64,000 nt of DNA from Spirochaetia bacterium (GCA_963666985.2 CAXXIA010000001.1:1248001-1312000), one strand, 5' to 3'. Numbered from the stretch's first letter, positions 28,189-39,104 are shown. Translations and numbers: made by a program. The notes: a model not told the origin generated them from the sequence alone.

Positions 28189-30546
28189 ATGCCGAAAATT
28201 TTCATTGCGTTTCGTTTTCACGTGAATTTCTACCATTCTTACCGGGGAGACGCTCCGGATGAATCGGGAATCGGTAAGGACATCAGGATTATCAGGGGAA
28301 TCCTCGACGATCTGGATCTTCTGAACGGCGAAGGCATTCCGGCAAAAGGAACTTGGGATATTGAAAACCATTATTCGCTCGCCGTCCTCGTGCCGAAACA
28401 TGCGCCCGATATCCTGGAACGCTGGCAATCCAGAGTCGCGAACAGCGGAGATGAAATCGAGGCGATGAGCTGGAACAACGGATTGGTTTCGGCGCAGACG
28501 GAAGAAGAATTCCGCAAAACCATGTCCTGGACCGTCAGCAACCCGGAAGGTTCCGGCCTGTCCGACCTCTTCAGCGAATGGGCGCCCATCGTCCGGCCGC
28601 AGGAATGCATGTTCACCCCGAGTCATCTGCGTCTCTATCCGCAGTTCGGCATCGAATGCGTCAGCCTTTATTACTCCTCGCATCCCTTCAACGGATTCAG
28701 CACCCACATTCCTCTGCTGGAAACAGACCAAAGATACAACCCCCTGACTCTCTCGGCTCCGGGATTCACGGAAACCATGACGCTCCTTCCCTCATGCAAT
28801 CACGGCGATCTGGCCGAAAATCTCGGACTGCGCCCCTGGGTTAAATACCTCCGCAAGAAGCAAAAAGATCGAGATTTCCTGATTCTCATCGACATGGACG
28901 CCGACGATGAGTTCTGGGCCGGATACGGAAAATTGGCAAAGATGATCACGCCGTCGGCAGGCGGACTGCAATCGCTGGTTCGAAGCGTCTGCGATCTGCC
29001 TTATGTCAAATTCTGCCGTCCCTACGATTATGTGAAAAACCACGAACCGGCCGGAAGCATCGAATTCGGTCAGGACACGGCCGACGGCAGCTACGACGGT
29101 CTTTCTTCCTGGGCGGAAAAAAGGGAAAACACGCGGCTGTGGACGCAAATCGCCCGATCCCGCGCCATGGACCGCTGGACACGCGAGTTGATCGGAAAAT
29201 CACAGACGCCCGCCGGCGTCTCCGAGAACCTGGAATCGGCCCTGAAAACACGAATCCTCACGCAAACCACAACCCATTTCGGATTATCCAGCCCCGTAAT
29301 GCATTCCGGACGGCTTAAAGCGGCCGAAGCGATGACCGCCGAGGCCTATGAGTTTTCCCGCAAAGCGCTGGAAGAAGCCGCCGGCGGAACAAACGGTCCG
29401 CCCGAGACTCGGAAAGTTCAAAAAAACGCACAGAGAAAAACGGAAGAAACGCGGAAGATTCAATTCCCGGCGAAAATCAAGTCTGGATTCGCGATTCCCC
29501 TGCCCGATTCCGGCGGAAACTGGCGCCTGACGGAAGGAGCGTCCGCAAAAAAACGGCGCGTCCCCGGCGAATCGCCCCAGCGGATTTCGGGAATCGATTC
29601 TTCCCGAATCCTTGTTTCGGGCCCTTTAAGATTCTCCATCAATCCCAAAGGACGGATCGGATTGTCTCTGCGTGATGTTCCCTGGCTGACAATGCGTCAT
29701 TCCGGTCCGGCTCTTCGATACGCGGGGAAAGAACCCGATTTCGTTCAAACGGATTTCAGACCCCCGATGGTCGTTTCGGAAGGACTGACGCGCATGAGTC
29801 AGAAAATGGAAGCGTCTCTGCCGTCGGCCGACGAACCGGTAATCTGGCATGGTGATTTCTATGCGGCGGACGACGCGCCTTGGATTTTGGCCGATGTCAG
29901 GGTTCGCTACCCCCTGACGCCCGATCGCCCCGGAAACAAGGCCAAAGCGCGCCTTCTGACGCGTTCCTGGGATAAGCGATGGCAGGAGATTCGACCTCTG
30001 GAGCTTGAAGCGCCGTTTAAGATGTCCGACGAAGCTCCGCTTCGAGTCTGGAAGCGCAATTCCTTCGGCGATGTAAGCCGCTTCGATCCGAACGGAGAGC
30101 ATCTTTGGTCCATGAATAATCAGATAACCGATCCCTGGCTGGCCGTTTCGGGAGGCGGAAAGGGACTGCTCATCGGCTGCAGTGTTGTCTCGGAAACCAA
30201 TTTTGCCTTCTGTCCCATCAGAATAACAGGCGGGAGTCACCCCGGTTTCCGTCTGAATCCCTTCGGCACATACTCAGGAGCTCAGCGACGCTATCCCTCA
30301 AAAAGAACGGGTATCGCCTTCTTCCTCTCCTCAAAGATGGCGAGTCATCTCGACTCCTATGCCCCTTCCTACAACGGAGGAGAGCAGCGGATAACAGTGC
30401 TTCTTATCCCGTACGAAGGCGATCGGCCGCCGGAAAAAATCACCTCCGCCGCCGAGACCTTCGGCATGCCGCCCTGGCCGGGATATCTCCCGTGGAAAAA
30501 CGGGACCTTCCCCAAGAATCCGACCGGACACGGGAACGGAGAATAA
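28189..30546 (+). CDS. Uncharacterised hydrolase, probable GH57/GH38/deacetylase-type barrel N-domain plus beta-sandwich C-domain
   Basis: ATG 28189 after GGAGG; FRFHVNFYHSYRGD, RPQE, IDMDADDEFW and DGS-DG-SSW motifs reminiscent of GH57-like conserved regions; no signal peptide. Confidence 0.5.
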   Translation: MPKIFIAFRFHVNFYHSYRGDAPDESGIGKDIRIIRGILDDLDLLNGEGIPAKGTWDIENHYSLAVLVPKHAPDILERWQSRVANSGDEIEAMSWNNGLVSAQTEEEFRKTMSWTVSNPEGSGLSDLFSEWAPIVRPQECMFTPSHLRLYPQFGIECVSLYYSSHPFNGFSTHIPLLETDQRYNPLTLSAPGFTETMTLLPSCNHGDLAENLGLRPWVKYLRKKQKDRDFLILIDMDADDEFWAGYGKLAKMITPSAGGLQSLVRSVCDLPYVKFCRPYDYVKNHEPAGSIEFGQDTADGSYDGLSSWAEKRENTRLWTQIARSRAMDRWTRELIGKSQTPAGVSENLESALKTRILTQTTTHFGLSSPVMHSGRLKAAEAMTAEAYEFSRKALEEAAGGTNGPPETRKVQKNAQRKTEETRKIQFPAKIKSGFAIPLPDSGGNWRLTEGASAKKRRVPGESPQRISGIDSSRILVSGPLRFSINPKGRIGLSLRDVPWLTMRHSGPALRYAGKEPDFVQTDFRPPMVVSEGLTRMSQKMEASLPSADEPVIWHGDFYAADDAPWILADVRVRYPLTPDRPGNKAKARLLTRSWDKRWQEIRPLELEAPFKMSDEAPLRVWKRNSFGDVSRFDPNGEHLWSMNNQITDPWLAVSGGGKGLLIGCSVVSETNFAFCPIRITGGSHPGFRLNPFGTYSGAQRRYPSKRTGIAFFLSSKMASHLDSYAPSYNGGEQRITVLLIPYEGDRPPEKITSAAETFGMPPWPGYLPWKNGTFPKNPTGHGNGE

Positions 30547-30638
30547 CCTGCGTCCGTCAATGCGGAAACAGCCCCTTTCGGCCTGAATACCGATCGGGGC
30601 TGTTCCTCTACTCTTGCCTTCGAGGATCGGTTCGGCTC

Positions 30639-31109
30639 TTACAGTTCCCTTCCGAGCCGTTTCTCAACCTGCCTCTTTTCCCATTCGGGTCCGAAAAGAA
30701 AAAACCGTCTGCGGCAGGATAATCCGTGGGAGATAATCCCTATGCCCCAGCCCATCGCGGGCCATTTCGCCCAGATATACTCAGGGTTGGTGAGTATATT
30801 GAGAACAAAAAGCCCCGCGATGATAAGTACATACATCGTAAGATGACTGTAAAATCCTTTGAGCTTACGCACTTCATTCATTGCACGCCGCTCTTCTTCC
30901 GTAATCGCCGTTTTGTCCATGTTCTGCGCCTCCGTTTGAAAATCCGAAGCTTCCATGTCGAAAACGGCCGCAAGTGACTTTAACGTTTCCAATCCCGGCG
31001 CGGCCCCGTTCTCAATTCTTTGAATCGTGCGGACGCTTAATCCGCTGAACTGCGCCAGTTCGGCCTGGGACCATCCCCTCTGCAGCCTCAATTTACGTAC
31101 GATCAGCAT
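30639..31109 (-). CDS. XRE-family HTH regulator with C-terminal 2TM domain
   Basis: ATG 31109 after GGAGG; LRLQRGWSQAELAQFSGLSVRTIQRIE; GFY-HL--Y...W--WP-MGWGIG. Confidence 0.88.
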   Translation of the reverse strand: MLIVRKLRLQRGWSQAELAQFSGLSVRTIQRIENGAAPGLETLKSLAAVFDMEASDFQTEAQNMDKTAITEEERRAMNEVRKLKGFYSHLTMYVLIIAGLFVLNILTNPEYIWAKWPAMGWGIGIISHGLSCRRRFFLFGPEWEKRQVEKRLGREL

Positions 31110-31243
31110 TGTCAACCTCCACTTGATCATCCTCGCCGATGAAAGCCTCGTTTCGCCCCGAAAGCTATCCCGGCATGAACGGATTCCCAACGACGGAAAG
31201 ACGACAGTCGCCTTCCTGTCGGGTTCCTGACGCGTCTGCGGAA

Positions 31244-32068
31244 CTAATCGTCTGTTCTAGCTACAAATTCACAAATCCATCGCCGAAGTTCCGCCGAAGC
31301 GCGGTCCGCGATTTCCAGAACCTCCTGATGGGAATGCTTCTCTTTGCGGATTCCCGTGGCCATGTTTGTGATGCAGCCCACGGCGAAGCATTCCAATCCG
31401 GCGTGATTCGCCGCGATGGTCTCGGGAACCGTCGACATGCCCACGGCATCGGCGCCGAGAATTCCCAGAGCCCGAATTTCGGACCTGGTTTCAAAATAAG
31501 GCCCCCAGAAACCCGCGTAAATCCCTTTGGCGTATCCGATGCCGAGCTCGTCGGCAATACGTTCGGCCCGTTCGATCAGACGGAAGGAGTAGGGTTCGCT
31601 CATATCGGGAAAACGCGGTCCCAGACGTTCGTCGTTTTCCCCGGTCAGAGGATTCACGGAAACGAAATTGATGAAATCTTCGAGAATCATCAAAGTACCC
31701 GGCGAAAAATCCCGATTAATGGCGCCGCAGGCGTTGGTAATCACCAAGGTTTTCACGCCCAGGAATTTCATCAGATACATAGGCAGCCCGAGCCGTTTCA
31801 TGGGATGTCCTTCATAGTAATGAGGACGTCCTTCCATCATCACGACACGGCGGCCGCGGAATCGTCCGAAAAGAAGCCTTCCGGCATGGCCCGCCACCGT
31901 GGACACAGGGAAATGGGGTATCTCGGCATAAGGAACGGCAGCTGTTTCTTCCATTTCTTCGGCCAGTGCGCCGAGCCCGGAACCGAGGATTATCCCGATT
32001 CGCGGTTCTTCTTTAATAAGAGCGCGGCAATAGGCGGCGGCCTCTTGAACTTCATCGTAAAAACTCAT
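31244..32068 (-). CDS. punA: Purine-nucleoside phosphorylase (trimeric type)
   Basis: ILGSGLG, STVAGH-G-L, GR-HYYEG, TNACG, GP-FET--E, VGMSTVPE. Confidence 0.93.
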   Translation of the reverse strand: MSFYDEVQEAAAYCRALIKEEPRIGIILGSGLGALAEEMEETAAVPYAEIPHFPVSTVAGHAGRLLFGRFRGRRVVMMEGRPHYYEGHPMKRLGLPMYLMKFLGVKTLVITNACGAINRDFSPGTLMILEDFINFVSVNPLTGENDERLGPRFPDMSEPYSFRLIERAERIADELGIGYAKGIYAGFWGPYFETRSEIRALGILGADAVGMSTVPETIAANHAGLECFAVGCITNMATGIRKEKHSHQEVLEIADRASAELRRWICEFVARTDD

Positions 32069-32114
32069 GTCGTTCCTCCCGTATGCCCCGTCCCCGCACC
32101 TTATCCCGGCGCCT

Positions 32115-33572
32115 TCAGCGGCGCGACCAGAACGACGGCGTCAAAAGAATCAGCACGGTATAAACCTCAAGACGGCCGGCCATCATGGCGGCGCTGAGAA
32201 CCCATTTGACGAAGGGATGATAAAAGGCGTAGTTCATTGTCGGACCGATTTTACCGAATCCGGGCCCGATATTCCCGACCGTAACCAGAGCCGTGGAAAA
32301 TCCGGTAACCAAATCGGCCCCGAAAATCGTTACAACCAGAGTAACGACCATCAAACAGGTTAAATAAAGGATTATGAAACCGGCCACCGAGTAGAGAAAA
32401 TCCTTCTTCACCGGCTCACCGTCCAGACGCACGCGGGAAATGCCCCGGGGCCTGGCCATGTATTTCATTTCATTGAGAGCCAGCTTAAAAAGAGCCACGA
32501 TGCGGATAACCTTCGGACCGCCGCCCGTGGACCCTGAGCATCCTCCGATGAACATCAGAAAAAACAGAACCCCTTTCGCGGCCGCGGGCCATAAATCGAA
32601 ATCGGCGGTGGCATATCCGGTCGTGGTAATAATGGAGGCCGCCTGAAAACCCGCATAGCGAAGAGCTTTGCCGAATCCTCCGTAAATTTTCAAAAGGGAA
32701 AGAGTGATAATCAAAACAGATCCGAGAAAAATGGCCAGATAGGATTTAAACTCGGTGTTCTTGAGAATATCCTTGATATTGCCGTTCAGCAGTTTATGAT
32801 ACAAACCGAAATTCAGACCGGCCATAACCATGAAAACGGTGATAACCCAGTCGATATACCCCGAATCATAGGCACCCACGCTGGCGTTTCTGGGTGAAAA
32901 TCCCCCTGTGGCCAGCGTTCCGAACGTATGGGTAAGAGCGTCGAAAAGACTCATTCCGCCGAACATCAGCATCAAGGTTTCAAGAACCGTCAGACCGACA
33001 TAAATCAGCCAAAGAATCTTCGCCGTCTGTGTTATTTTCGGCGCGATCTTATCCAGAGTCGGTCCCGGTGATTCGGCTCTGACAAGCTGAACCCCGCCCA
33101 CCCCGAGAAACGGGAGAATCGCGACGGTCAAAACCACAATCCCCATACCGCCGAGCCAGTGCGTTAACGATCTCCAAAAAAGAATCGCTTTGGGGAGCGG
33201 TTCTATGGCCGTCAGGATGGAAGCTCCCGTCGTGGTAAACCCGCTCATCGTTTCAAAAAAGGCATCGGTATAGGACGGGATGGCTCCGGAAAGAACGAAA
33301 GGCAGCGCCCCCACGGCCGAAGCGGCAATCCAAGATCCGGTAACCAGAAGAAAGCCTTCCCGGGTTCTCAGATGGTGACTTCCCTCGTGGGGCTTGGTAA
33401 TCCCCCAAACAACGGCGCAGGCGGCAACCGTTACGGCGAGGGTAATTCCGAAAGCGGACGCCGAAACATAATCTTTGCCGAAAAGAGCAATCCCCAGGGG
33501 AAAAATCATGAATATGGCGATGATAACCAGAAGAAGGGCCAAAACGTGAATAACCGGAGTAAAGCGAATCAT
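32115..33572 (-). CDS. trkH: Trk potassium uptake membrane subunit
   Basis: FETMSGFTTTG, TLATGGFS, TTTGY, GGCSGSTGGG, GNIGPG pore loops. Confidence 0.95.
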   Translation of the reverse strand: MIRFTPVIHVLALLLVIIAIFMIFPLGIALFGKDYVSASAFGITLAVTVAACAVVWGITKPHEGSHHLRTREGFLLVTGSWIAASAVGALPFVLSGAIPSYTDAFFETMSGFTTTGASILTAIEPLPKAILFWRSLTHWLGGMGIVVLTVAILPFLGVGGVQLVRAESPGPTLDKIAPKITQTAKILWLIYVGLTVLETLMLMFGGMSLFDALTHTFGTLATGGFSPRNASVGAYDSGYIDWVITVFMVMAGLNFGLYHKLLNGNIKDILKNTEFKSYLAIFLGSVLIITLSLLKIYGGFGKALRYAGFQAASIITTTGYATADFDLWPAAAKGVLFFLMFIGGCSGSTGGGPKVIRIVALFKLALNEMKYMARPRGISRVRLDGEPVKKDFLYSVAGFIILYLTCLMVVTLVVTIFGADLVTGFSTALVTVGNIGPGFGKIGPTMNYAFYHPFVKWVLSAAMMAGRLEVYTVLILLTPSFWSRR

Positions 33573-33633
33573 ACGAAGTCTCCGGCAAATACCGCTTTTT
33601 CCGTACGGTGAAAATCCTCGATTTGAAATCGCT

Positions 33634-35055
33634 TCATAACGCGATAACCGCTTCCTCGAGTTTCTTCACCGCTTCGCGCGGAGTGATGATAACAACCCTG
33701 TCGCCGTTTTTTATTACGAGATTACCGTCGGGAATCATGAATTCTTCCCCGCGATTAACCATAAGAATCAGACTGTCTTTCGGCAGCTTCAAATCCCTTA
33801 TGGCTTTGCCTGTAAGCGCGGAATCTTCATCGGTAAGGAAATCGATGATTTCGAAATCGCTGCCCGCGATGGCATGAATGCTCCTGATATTTCCCTTGCG
33901 CAGAATCCGGAGAATACTGGTAACCATCGTATCGGTGAGACTGACGGTAACATCCACACCCATTTCCCGCGCCATCGAAATATAGGAGGCCCGCCGAACC
34001 AAAGCGATGGTTCTCCCGACGCCCTGATTTTTGGCATGCAGGGCGCTCACCAGGTTCAATTCCTGATTCCCGGTGGCGCTGATGAGAAGATCGTATCCTT
34101 CGAGAAGACCGGTATCGCTGATCTCCTCATCGGAAATATCGGCATTGGTTACCAAAGCCGTCGGATAATCGGCGGCCAGCTGACGCGCTACGCCGTAATC
34201 TCTTTCAATGAAATGAACTTTGCGATGGGCCGCTTTTCGCTTAAAACGCCCGATGATCTTCGTCCAGGCACCTCCGGCGGCATCCGAACCTTTCTCCTCG
34301 CCTTCTCCCAGCAGATAATCCGCGACATAACGGCCGATGCGTCCGCCGCCGGCTATGGCGATGCGGTGAAGATTTCTTCGGCGCAGGCCGGCGGCCTTCA
34401 TCAGCTCATCCGTTCCTACCGAATCGGCGATAAGGTAGAGTAAATCGTCCCCGCAAATAACCGTTTCGCCCGTGGGAATCAGGGAAGCCCCGTCCCTGAT
34501 AATCAGCGGCAGCAGAAAATCTTCGTTAATGTTCTTTCGGATATCCTTTACGGCCGAACCGATAAGAGGACAGCCTTCATCCATGGTTATGGACGTCATG
34601 GACAATCCCGATTCGGTAAACGGATTGACGGTACCGACGGCGCCGCGCTCCAAGGATCGGATAACCGCTCGGGCGGCTTCGATTTCCGGATTAATAATAT
34701 AATCGATGCCGTAGAGGCGCTGCCTGACCATGCGGCTCGCCGAATATTCCACGTTGCGCACCCGCGCCACCGTTACCGGCTCCGAATATTCGGCCGCGAC
34801 AAGACCGCAGGCGATCATATTGATTTCATCGGACTCGGTAACCGAAACGAAGAAATCGGCATGCTCGATACCGGCTTTTTTCAAAACCGGAAGACTGTTG
34901 CCTTCTCCGGTAACAACGCGGCAATCCAATCGATCGGCCGCCCAGCGGGCCGATTCCGGATCTTTCTCAATAATGGTGACTTCTTTGCCTTCGGAAACCA
35001 GTTGGCGGGCAAGCTGCCAGCCGACACGTCCGGCTCCTAATATAATAACCTGCAT
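33634..35055 (-). CDS. trkA: Trk potassium uptake NAD-binding subunit
   Basis: Two RCK N/C repeats, GAGRVG and GGGRIG Rossmann motifs. Confidence 0.93.
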   Translation of the reverse strand: MQVIILGAGRVGWQLARQLVSEGKEVTIIEKDPESARWAADRLDCRVVTGEGNSLPVLKKAGIEHADFFVSVTESDEINMIACGLVAAEYSEPVTVARVRNVEYSASRMVRQRLYGIDYIINPEIEAARAVIRSLERGAVGTVNPFTESGLSMTSITMDEGCPLIGSAVKDIRKNINEDFLLPLIIRDGASLIPTGETVICGDDLLYLIADSVGTDELMKAAGLRRRNLHRIAIAGGGRIGRYVADYLLGEGEEKGSDAAGGAWTKIIGRFKRKAAHRKVHFIERDYGVARQLAADYPTALVTNADISDEEISDTGLLEGYDLLISATGNQELNLVSALHAKNQGVGRTIALVRRASYISMAREMGVDVTVSLTDTMVTSILRILRKGNIRSIHAIAGSDFEIIDFLTDEDSALTGKAIRDLKLPKDSLILMVNRGEEFMIPDGNLVIKNGDRVVIITPREAVKKLEEAVIAL

Positions 35056-35162
35056 CGGATAGTAGCCTACATCGCGCCGAGGGGCGTTGTCGAGGTTATT
35101 TCTTTCAAGATCATCATCTTACTCCACACATCCAAGATACGATGGGAACGTACCGCCCCGGC

Positions 35163-35196
35163 AAAAAAGAAAGCCGCCTCCCGATCGAGGCGGCTT
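35163..35196 (-). terminator. Rho-independent terminator of ppdK
   Basis: Minus strand AAGCCGCCTC-loop-GAGGCGGCTT followed by a T tract. Confidence 0.85.
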
Positions 35197-35258
35197 CATC
35201 CTTGGGCCCTTTTCCCATCTTCACCGCCTTAAGCTGTTCGCGGCGAAGATGAAAATTT

Positions 35259-37931
35259 TCAGTTCTGTGCAGCCGAGGCCACAACCGCCTGAGCGGCCGC
35301 CAGCCGGGCAATGGGCACCCGGTAAGGAGAACAGGAGACATAATTCAAGCCTGCTTTATAGCAGAACGCGATGGAAGCGGGATCTCCTCCGTGCTCGCCG
35401 CAGATTCCGGTCTTCAGCTTGCTCTTCACGCTCCGTCCTTTTGCCACGCCCATCTCAACAAGCTGCCCCACACCGCTCTGATCCAAAGACTGGAACGGAT
35501 CTTCCTTCAGGATTTTCTGCGCCACATACTGAGGAACGAAGCTTCCCACATCATCCCGGCTGTAGCCGAAAGTCATCTGAGTTAAGTCATTCGTTCCGAA
35601 CGAATAGAAATCCGCGAAAGGCGCAATCTCATTTGAAGTCAAAGCCGCTCGGGGAATTTCGATCATCGTACCGATCAGATACTCAATCTTCGCTCCGGTT
35701 TCGGAAAGGATGCGCTCAATAACTTTCCGGGCGTTGGTCCGCAGAATTTCAAGTTCCTGATATGTCCCAACCAGCGGAATCATGATTTCGGGATGAACCG
35801 AAACACCCTTCTTGGCGACTTCCACGGCGGCGGTCATGATGGCTTCAACCTGCATGTCGTACACTTCGGGATAAGTAATGCCCAAACGGCATCCCCGGTG
35901 TCCGAGCATGGGGTTCAGTTCCTTCAATCCCTCGACTCTTCGAATCAGTGCTTCGGGGTTTTTCCCGAGTTTCGCCGCCAGCTCGCGCGTTTCGGCTTCG
36001 GTATGGGGCACGAATTCATGAAGAGGGGGATCGAGTAAACGCACGGTTACCGGCTTTCCGTCCATGGCCTCGAAAATTCCCTTAAAATCTTCGGTCTGCA
36101 GGGCCAGGATGGGCTTCAGAGCTTCCTGACGTTCTTCAAAGCTGTCGGAAACAATCATCCAGCGGAAAGACTCGAGTTTGTCTTCGTCGAAGAACATGTG
36201 CTCTGTCCGGCAGAGGCCGATGCCTTCCGCGCCGAATTCCACGGCCCGCCTGGCGTCTTCGGGAAGATCGGCGTTGGTTCGTACAAAGAAACCGTCGGCC
36301 ACGCCCTGTCTTTTCGCGGCGTGACGAATCGTGTCGGCCCAAGTTAAAAGGATTTCCAAATCACCGCCCAGTTCAGGCTGTTCCAGTTCCACCACGCCGT
36401 CGTAAACCGAACCGTCGCTGCCGTCCAGGGAAATGGAATCACCTTCCTTATAGACCTTTCCGGCGATGGTCATGATTTTGGCCTTCTCGTCGATAACGAC
36501 GGCCTTGCATCCGGCCACGCAAGGCGTTCCCATGCCCCGGGCGACGACCGCCGCGTGGCTGGTCATACCGCCGGTGGATGTGAGGATTCCCTGAGAAACG
36601 TTCATGCCGCCGATATCCTCGGGGCTGGTTTCCCTGCGGACAAGAACGACTTTCTCGCTCCGCTCGGCCCAGATTTCGGCTTCTTCCGCGGTAAAAACGA
36701 TCTTGCCTACGGCGGCGCCCGGAGAGGCGTTCAACCCGACGGCAACAGGTTCAAGAGTTTTCTTGGCCTTCGGAGAAATCATGGGATGAAGGAGCTGATT
36801 CAGCTGGTCGCCCGTAACGCGGGTTACGGCGGTTTCCTTGGAAATCATCCCTTCGTTCACCAAATCCACGGCGACTTTCACGGCCGCCCTGCCGGTTCTT
36901 TTTCCGTTTCGGGTTTGAAGCAGGAAAAGCCGTCCGTCCTGGATGGTGAATTCCATATCCTGCATATCGGAATAATGCTTCTCCAGCCGCTCTTTCACAT
37001 CCACGAGCTGTTTGTAGACTTCGGCATTGGTATCTTCCAGAGTACTTAAGGGCTGAGGCGTCCGAATACCGGCCACGACGTCCTCGCCCTGAGCGTTCAT
37101 CAGGTACTCGCCGTAGAAGTAATTTTCACCGGTGGAAGGATCGCGGCTGAAACAGACGCCGGTACCGGAGGTATCGGACCAGTTCCCGAAAACCATGGAC
37201 TGAACATTAACAGCCGTGCCTAAAAGGTCGCCTATTTTGTTAATCTGTCGATATTTAATGGCTCTGTCGTTATTCCAGGATCCGAATACCGCATCGATGG
37301 CGGCCCAAAGCTGTTCTTTCGGAGTCTGCGGAAAAGAGGCGCCGACGCTCTTCTCGTAGACGGCCATATAGCCCTCCACGACTTTCTTCAGATCTTCGGC
37401 ATCCAATTCCGTATCATGCTCAACGCCCTTGGCCTTCTTCACTTTTTCCAAAGCTTCTTCGAATTCGCTGTGAGCCACGCCCATCACCACGTCGCCGAAC
37501 ATCTGAATAAAACGCCGATAGGCGTCCCAGGCGAAACGGGCGTTGCCGGTGTTTTTGGCGATTCCGTCGACGGCCTTGGCGTTCAGCCCCAAATTCAGAA
37601 CCGTATCCATCATACCGGGCATGGAAACGGCGGCGCCTGAACGAACGGAAACCAGCAGAGGATCTTCGGCATCGCCGAGACTCTTGCCCATTTCCTTCTC
37701 AAGCCTCTCCAAAGCGGCTCCGACCTGGGCTTTGACATCGGCGTTATGGCTTCGCTCATTTTTATAATATTGATCGCAAGCCTCGGTTGAAATCGTGAAA
37801 CCCGGAGGAACGGGAATGCCCAGGTTGGTCATCTCCGCCAGGTTCGCGCCTTTTCCGCCCAGAAGTTCCTTCATCTGAGCGCGGCCCTCGGCCTTCCCGC
37901 CGCCGAAATAGTAGACGTACTGATTACTCAT
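35259..37931 (-). CDS. ppdK: Pyruvate, phosphate dikinase
   Basis: LLGGKGANLAEM, VRSGA--SMPGMMDT, GGMTSHAAVVARG phospho-His, FSFGTNDLTQ-like, GICGEHGG. Confidence 0.98.
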   Translation of the reverse strand: MSNQYVYYFGGGKAEGRAQMKELLGGKGANLAEMTNLGIPVPPGFTISTEACDQYYKNERSHNADVKAQVGAALERLEKEMGKSLGDAEDPLLVSVRSGAAVSMPGMMDTVLNLGLNAKAVDGIAKNTGNARFAWDAYRRFIQMFGDVVMGVAHSEFEEALEKVKKAKGVEHDTELDAEDLKKVVEGYMAVYEKSVGASFPQTPKEQLWAAIDAVFGSWNNDRAIKYRQINKIGDLLGTAVNVQSMVFGNWSDTSGTGVCFSRDPSTGENYFYGEYLMNAQGEDVVAGIRTPQPLSTLEDTNAEVYKQLVDVKERLEKHYSDMQDMEFTIQDGRLFLLQTRNGKRTGRAAVKVAVDLVNEGMISKETAVTRVTGDQLNQLLHPMISPKAKKTLEPVAVGLNASPGAAVGKIVFTAEEAEIWAERSEKVVLVRRETSPEDIGGMNVSQGILTSTGGMTSHAAVVARGMGTPCVAGCKAVVIDEKAKIMTIAGKVYKEGDSISLDGSDGSVYDGVVELEQPELGGDLEILLTWADTIRHAAKRQGVADGFFVRTNADLPEDARRAVEFGAEGIGLCRTEHMFFDEDKLESFRWMIVSDSFEERQEALKPILALQTEDFKGIFEAMDGKPVTVRLLDPPLHEFVPHTEAETRELAAKLGKNPEALIRRVEGLKELNPMLGHRGCRLGITYPEVYDMQVEAIMTAAVEVAKKGVSVHPEIMIPLVGTYQELEILRTNARKVIERILSETGAKIEYLIGTMIEIPRAALTSNEIAPFADFYSFGTNDLTQMTFGYSRDDVGSFVPQYVAQKILKEDPFQSLDQSGVGQLVEMGVAKGRSVKSKLKTGICGEHGGDPASIAFCYKAGLNYVSCSPYRVPIARLAAAQAVVASAAQN

Positions 37932-38261
37932 TCGTTTTTCTCGCTTTTTAGGTTTGATGTGACTCTTCGGTAAGGCTAATTTGCGCCGGGATTGATGTCA
38001 ACGAATTCGGCGACAATAGACAACCCGCAACGCTCATGCATACCACTCCACAAGCGACATCTGTATGGATCATACAAAAAAACGACGAAAAAATCGAGCT
38101 TAAACGGTAATGAATGGGGAAACCGCCGCAAAAAACCACGGGCCGTTTCCCTTCCGGAGTCATCGCGAAACCGAAAGGAAACAGCCCGTTCTCAATTAAT
38201 CGCCCGGAATTTCAAAATACGCGCTCACGCCTCATTCCCCGCGAGAGAAGAGGCGGACAGA

Positions 38262-39104
38262 CTACGCGGCGAAATAATCCCGAAGATATTGCGCCCGGGA
38301 GGGATGGCGCAGCCGATCGAGGGCTTTTTTCTCGATCTGCCGAATCCGCTCTTTGGTCAGACCGTAATTCTGACCGATTTCTTTCAAGGAGAGCGGTCTT
38401 CTGCCGCCGAGTCCGAAACGATGCCGGAGAATATCCGCTTCTTTTTCGGTGAGGGTTGCCAGAATGGATTCGATATCCTCACTTAAAGAATGACGCAAAG
38501 CCTGCTCATCGGGAGCGATACTGGCGTTATCCTCAATGAAATCACCCAAAGTCGAGGAATCTCTCTCATCATAAACTTGCGATTCAAGAGAAACCAATTC
38601 ACGGCTGATGGACTGAAGATCTTCCACGTCTTTTTCATCAATACCCGTAATTTTGGCGATTTCGGCATTGGACGGCTCTTCGCCCAATTCGGTAAGAAGG
38701 GCCTTTTTGGTTTTTTCTATCTGGATCAATTCGTTGGCGCGGTTCAGGGGAAGCCGAATCATTCGGGATTTTTCGTATATGGCCTTCAGGATGGCCTGTC
38801 TGATCCACCAGACCGCATAAGAAATGAAATGATAGCCTTTTTCCGGATCGAAACGCTCAATGGCGTTCATCAGTCCGATGTTGCCTTCGCTGATAAGATC
38901 GTCGAGAGGCAGTCCCTGATTCTGGTACTTCTTCGCCGTATTAACGACAAAACGGAGATTCGCCTCGATGAGTTTGGCTTGAGCGGCCTTGTCGCCGGCA
39001 ACGGCTTTCCGCGATATTTCTTCTTCCTGCTCCCGAGTCAGAAGAGGAATTTTGTTGATTTCTTTCAAGTAAACCGAAAGGGTGGATTCATCATCATGTT
39101 TCAT
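38262..39104 (-). CDS. Group-2 sigma70-family RNA polymerase sigma factor (RpoS-like, no region 1.1)
   Basis: ATG 39104 after AGGAGA; regions 1.2 (YLKEI--IPLLT), 2 (NLRFVV, DLISEGNIGL, SYAVWWIRQAI), 4 (LKEIG---GLTKERIRQIE). Confidence 0.9.
   Translation of the reverse strand: MKHDDESTLSVYLKEINKIPLLTREQEEEISRKAVAGDKAAQAKLIEANLRFVVNTAKKYQNQGLPLDDLISEGNIGLMNAIERFDPEKGYHFISYAVWWIRQAILKAIYEKSRMIRLPLNRANELIQIEKTKKALLTELGEEPSNAEIAKITGIDEKDVEDLQSISRELVSLESQVYDERDSSTLGDFIEDNASIAPDEQALRHSLSEDIESILATLTEKEADILRHRFGLGGRRPLSLKEIGQNYGLTKERIRQIEKKALDRLRHPSRAQYLRDYFAA

Noticed and set aside
31139..32197. Long antisense ORFs (also 1425-2312, 3830-4735, 5023-5895, 21756-22580, 54103-54849, 62035-62832)
   Set aside because: Shadow frames of well-supported genes in GC-rich DNA; no motifs or RBS
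38262..39104. Primary sigma factor rpoD
   Set aside because: Only ~280 aa with no region 1.1 and preceded by a sigma54 promoter
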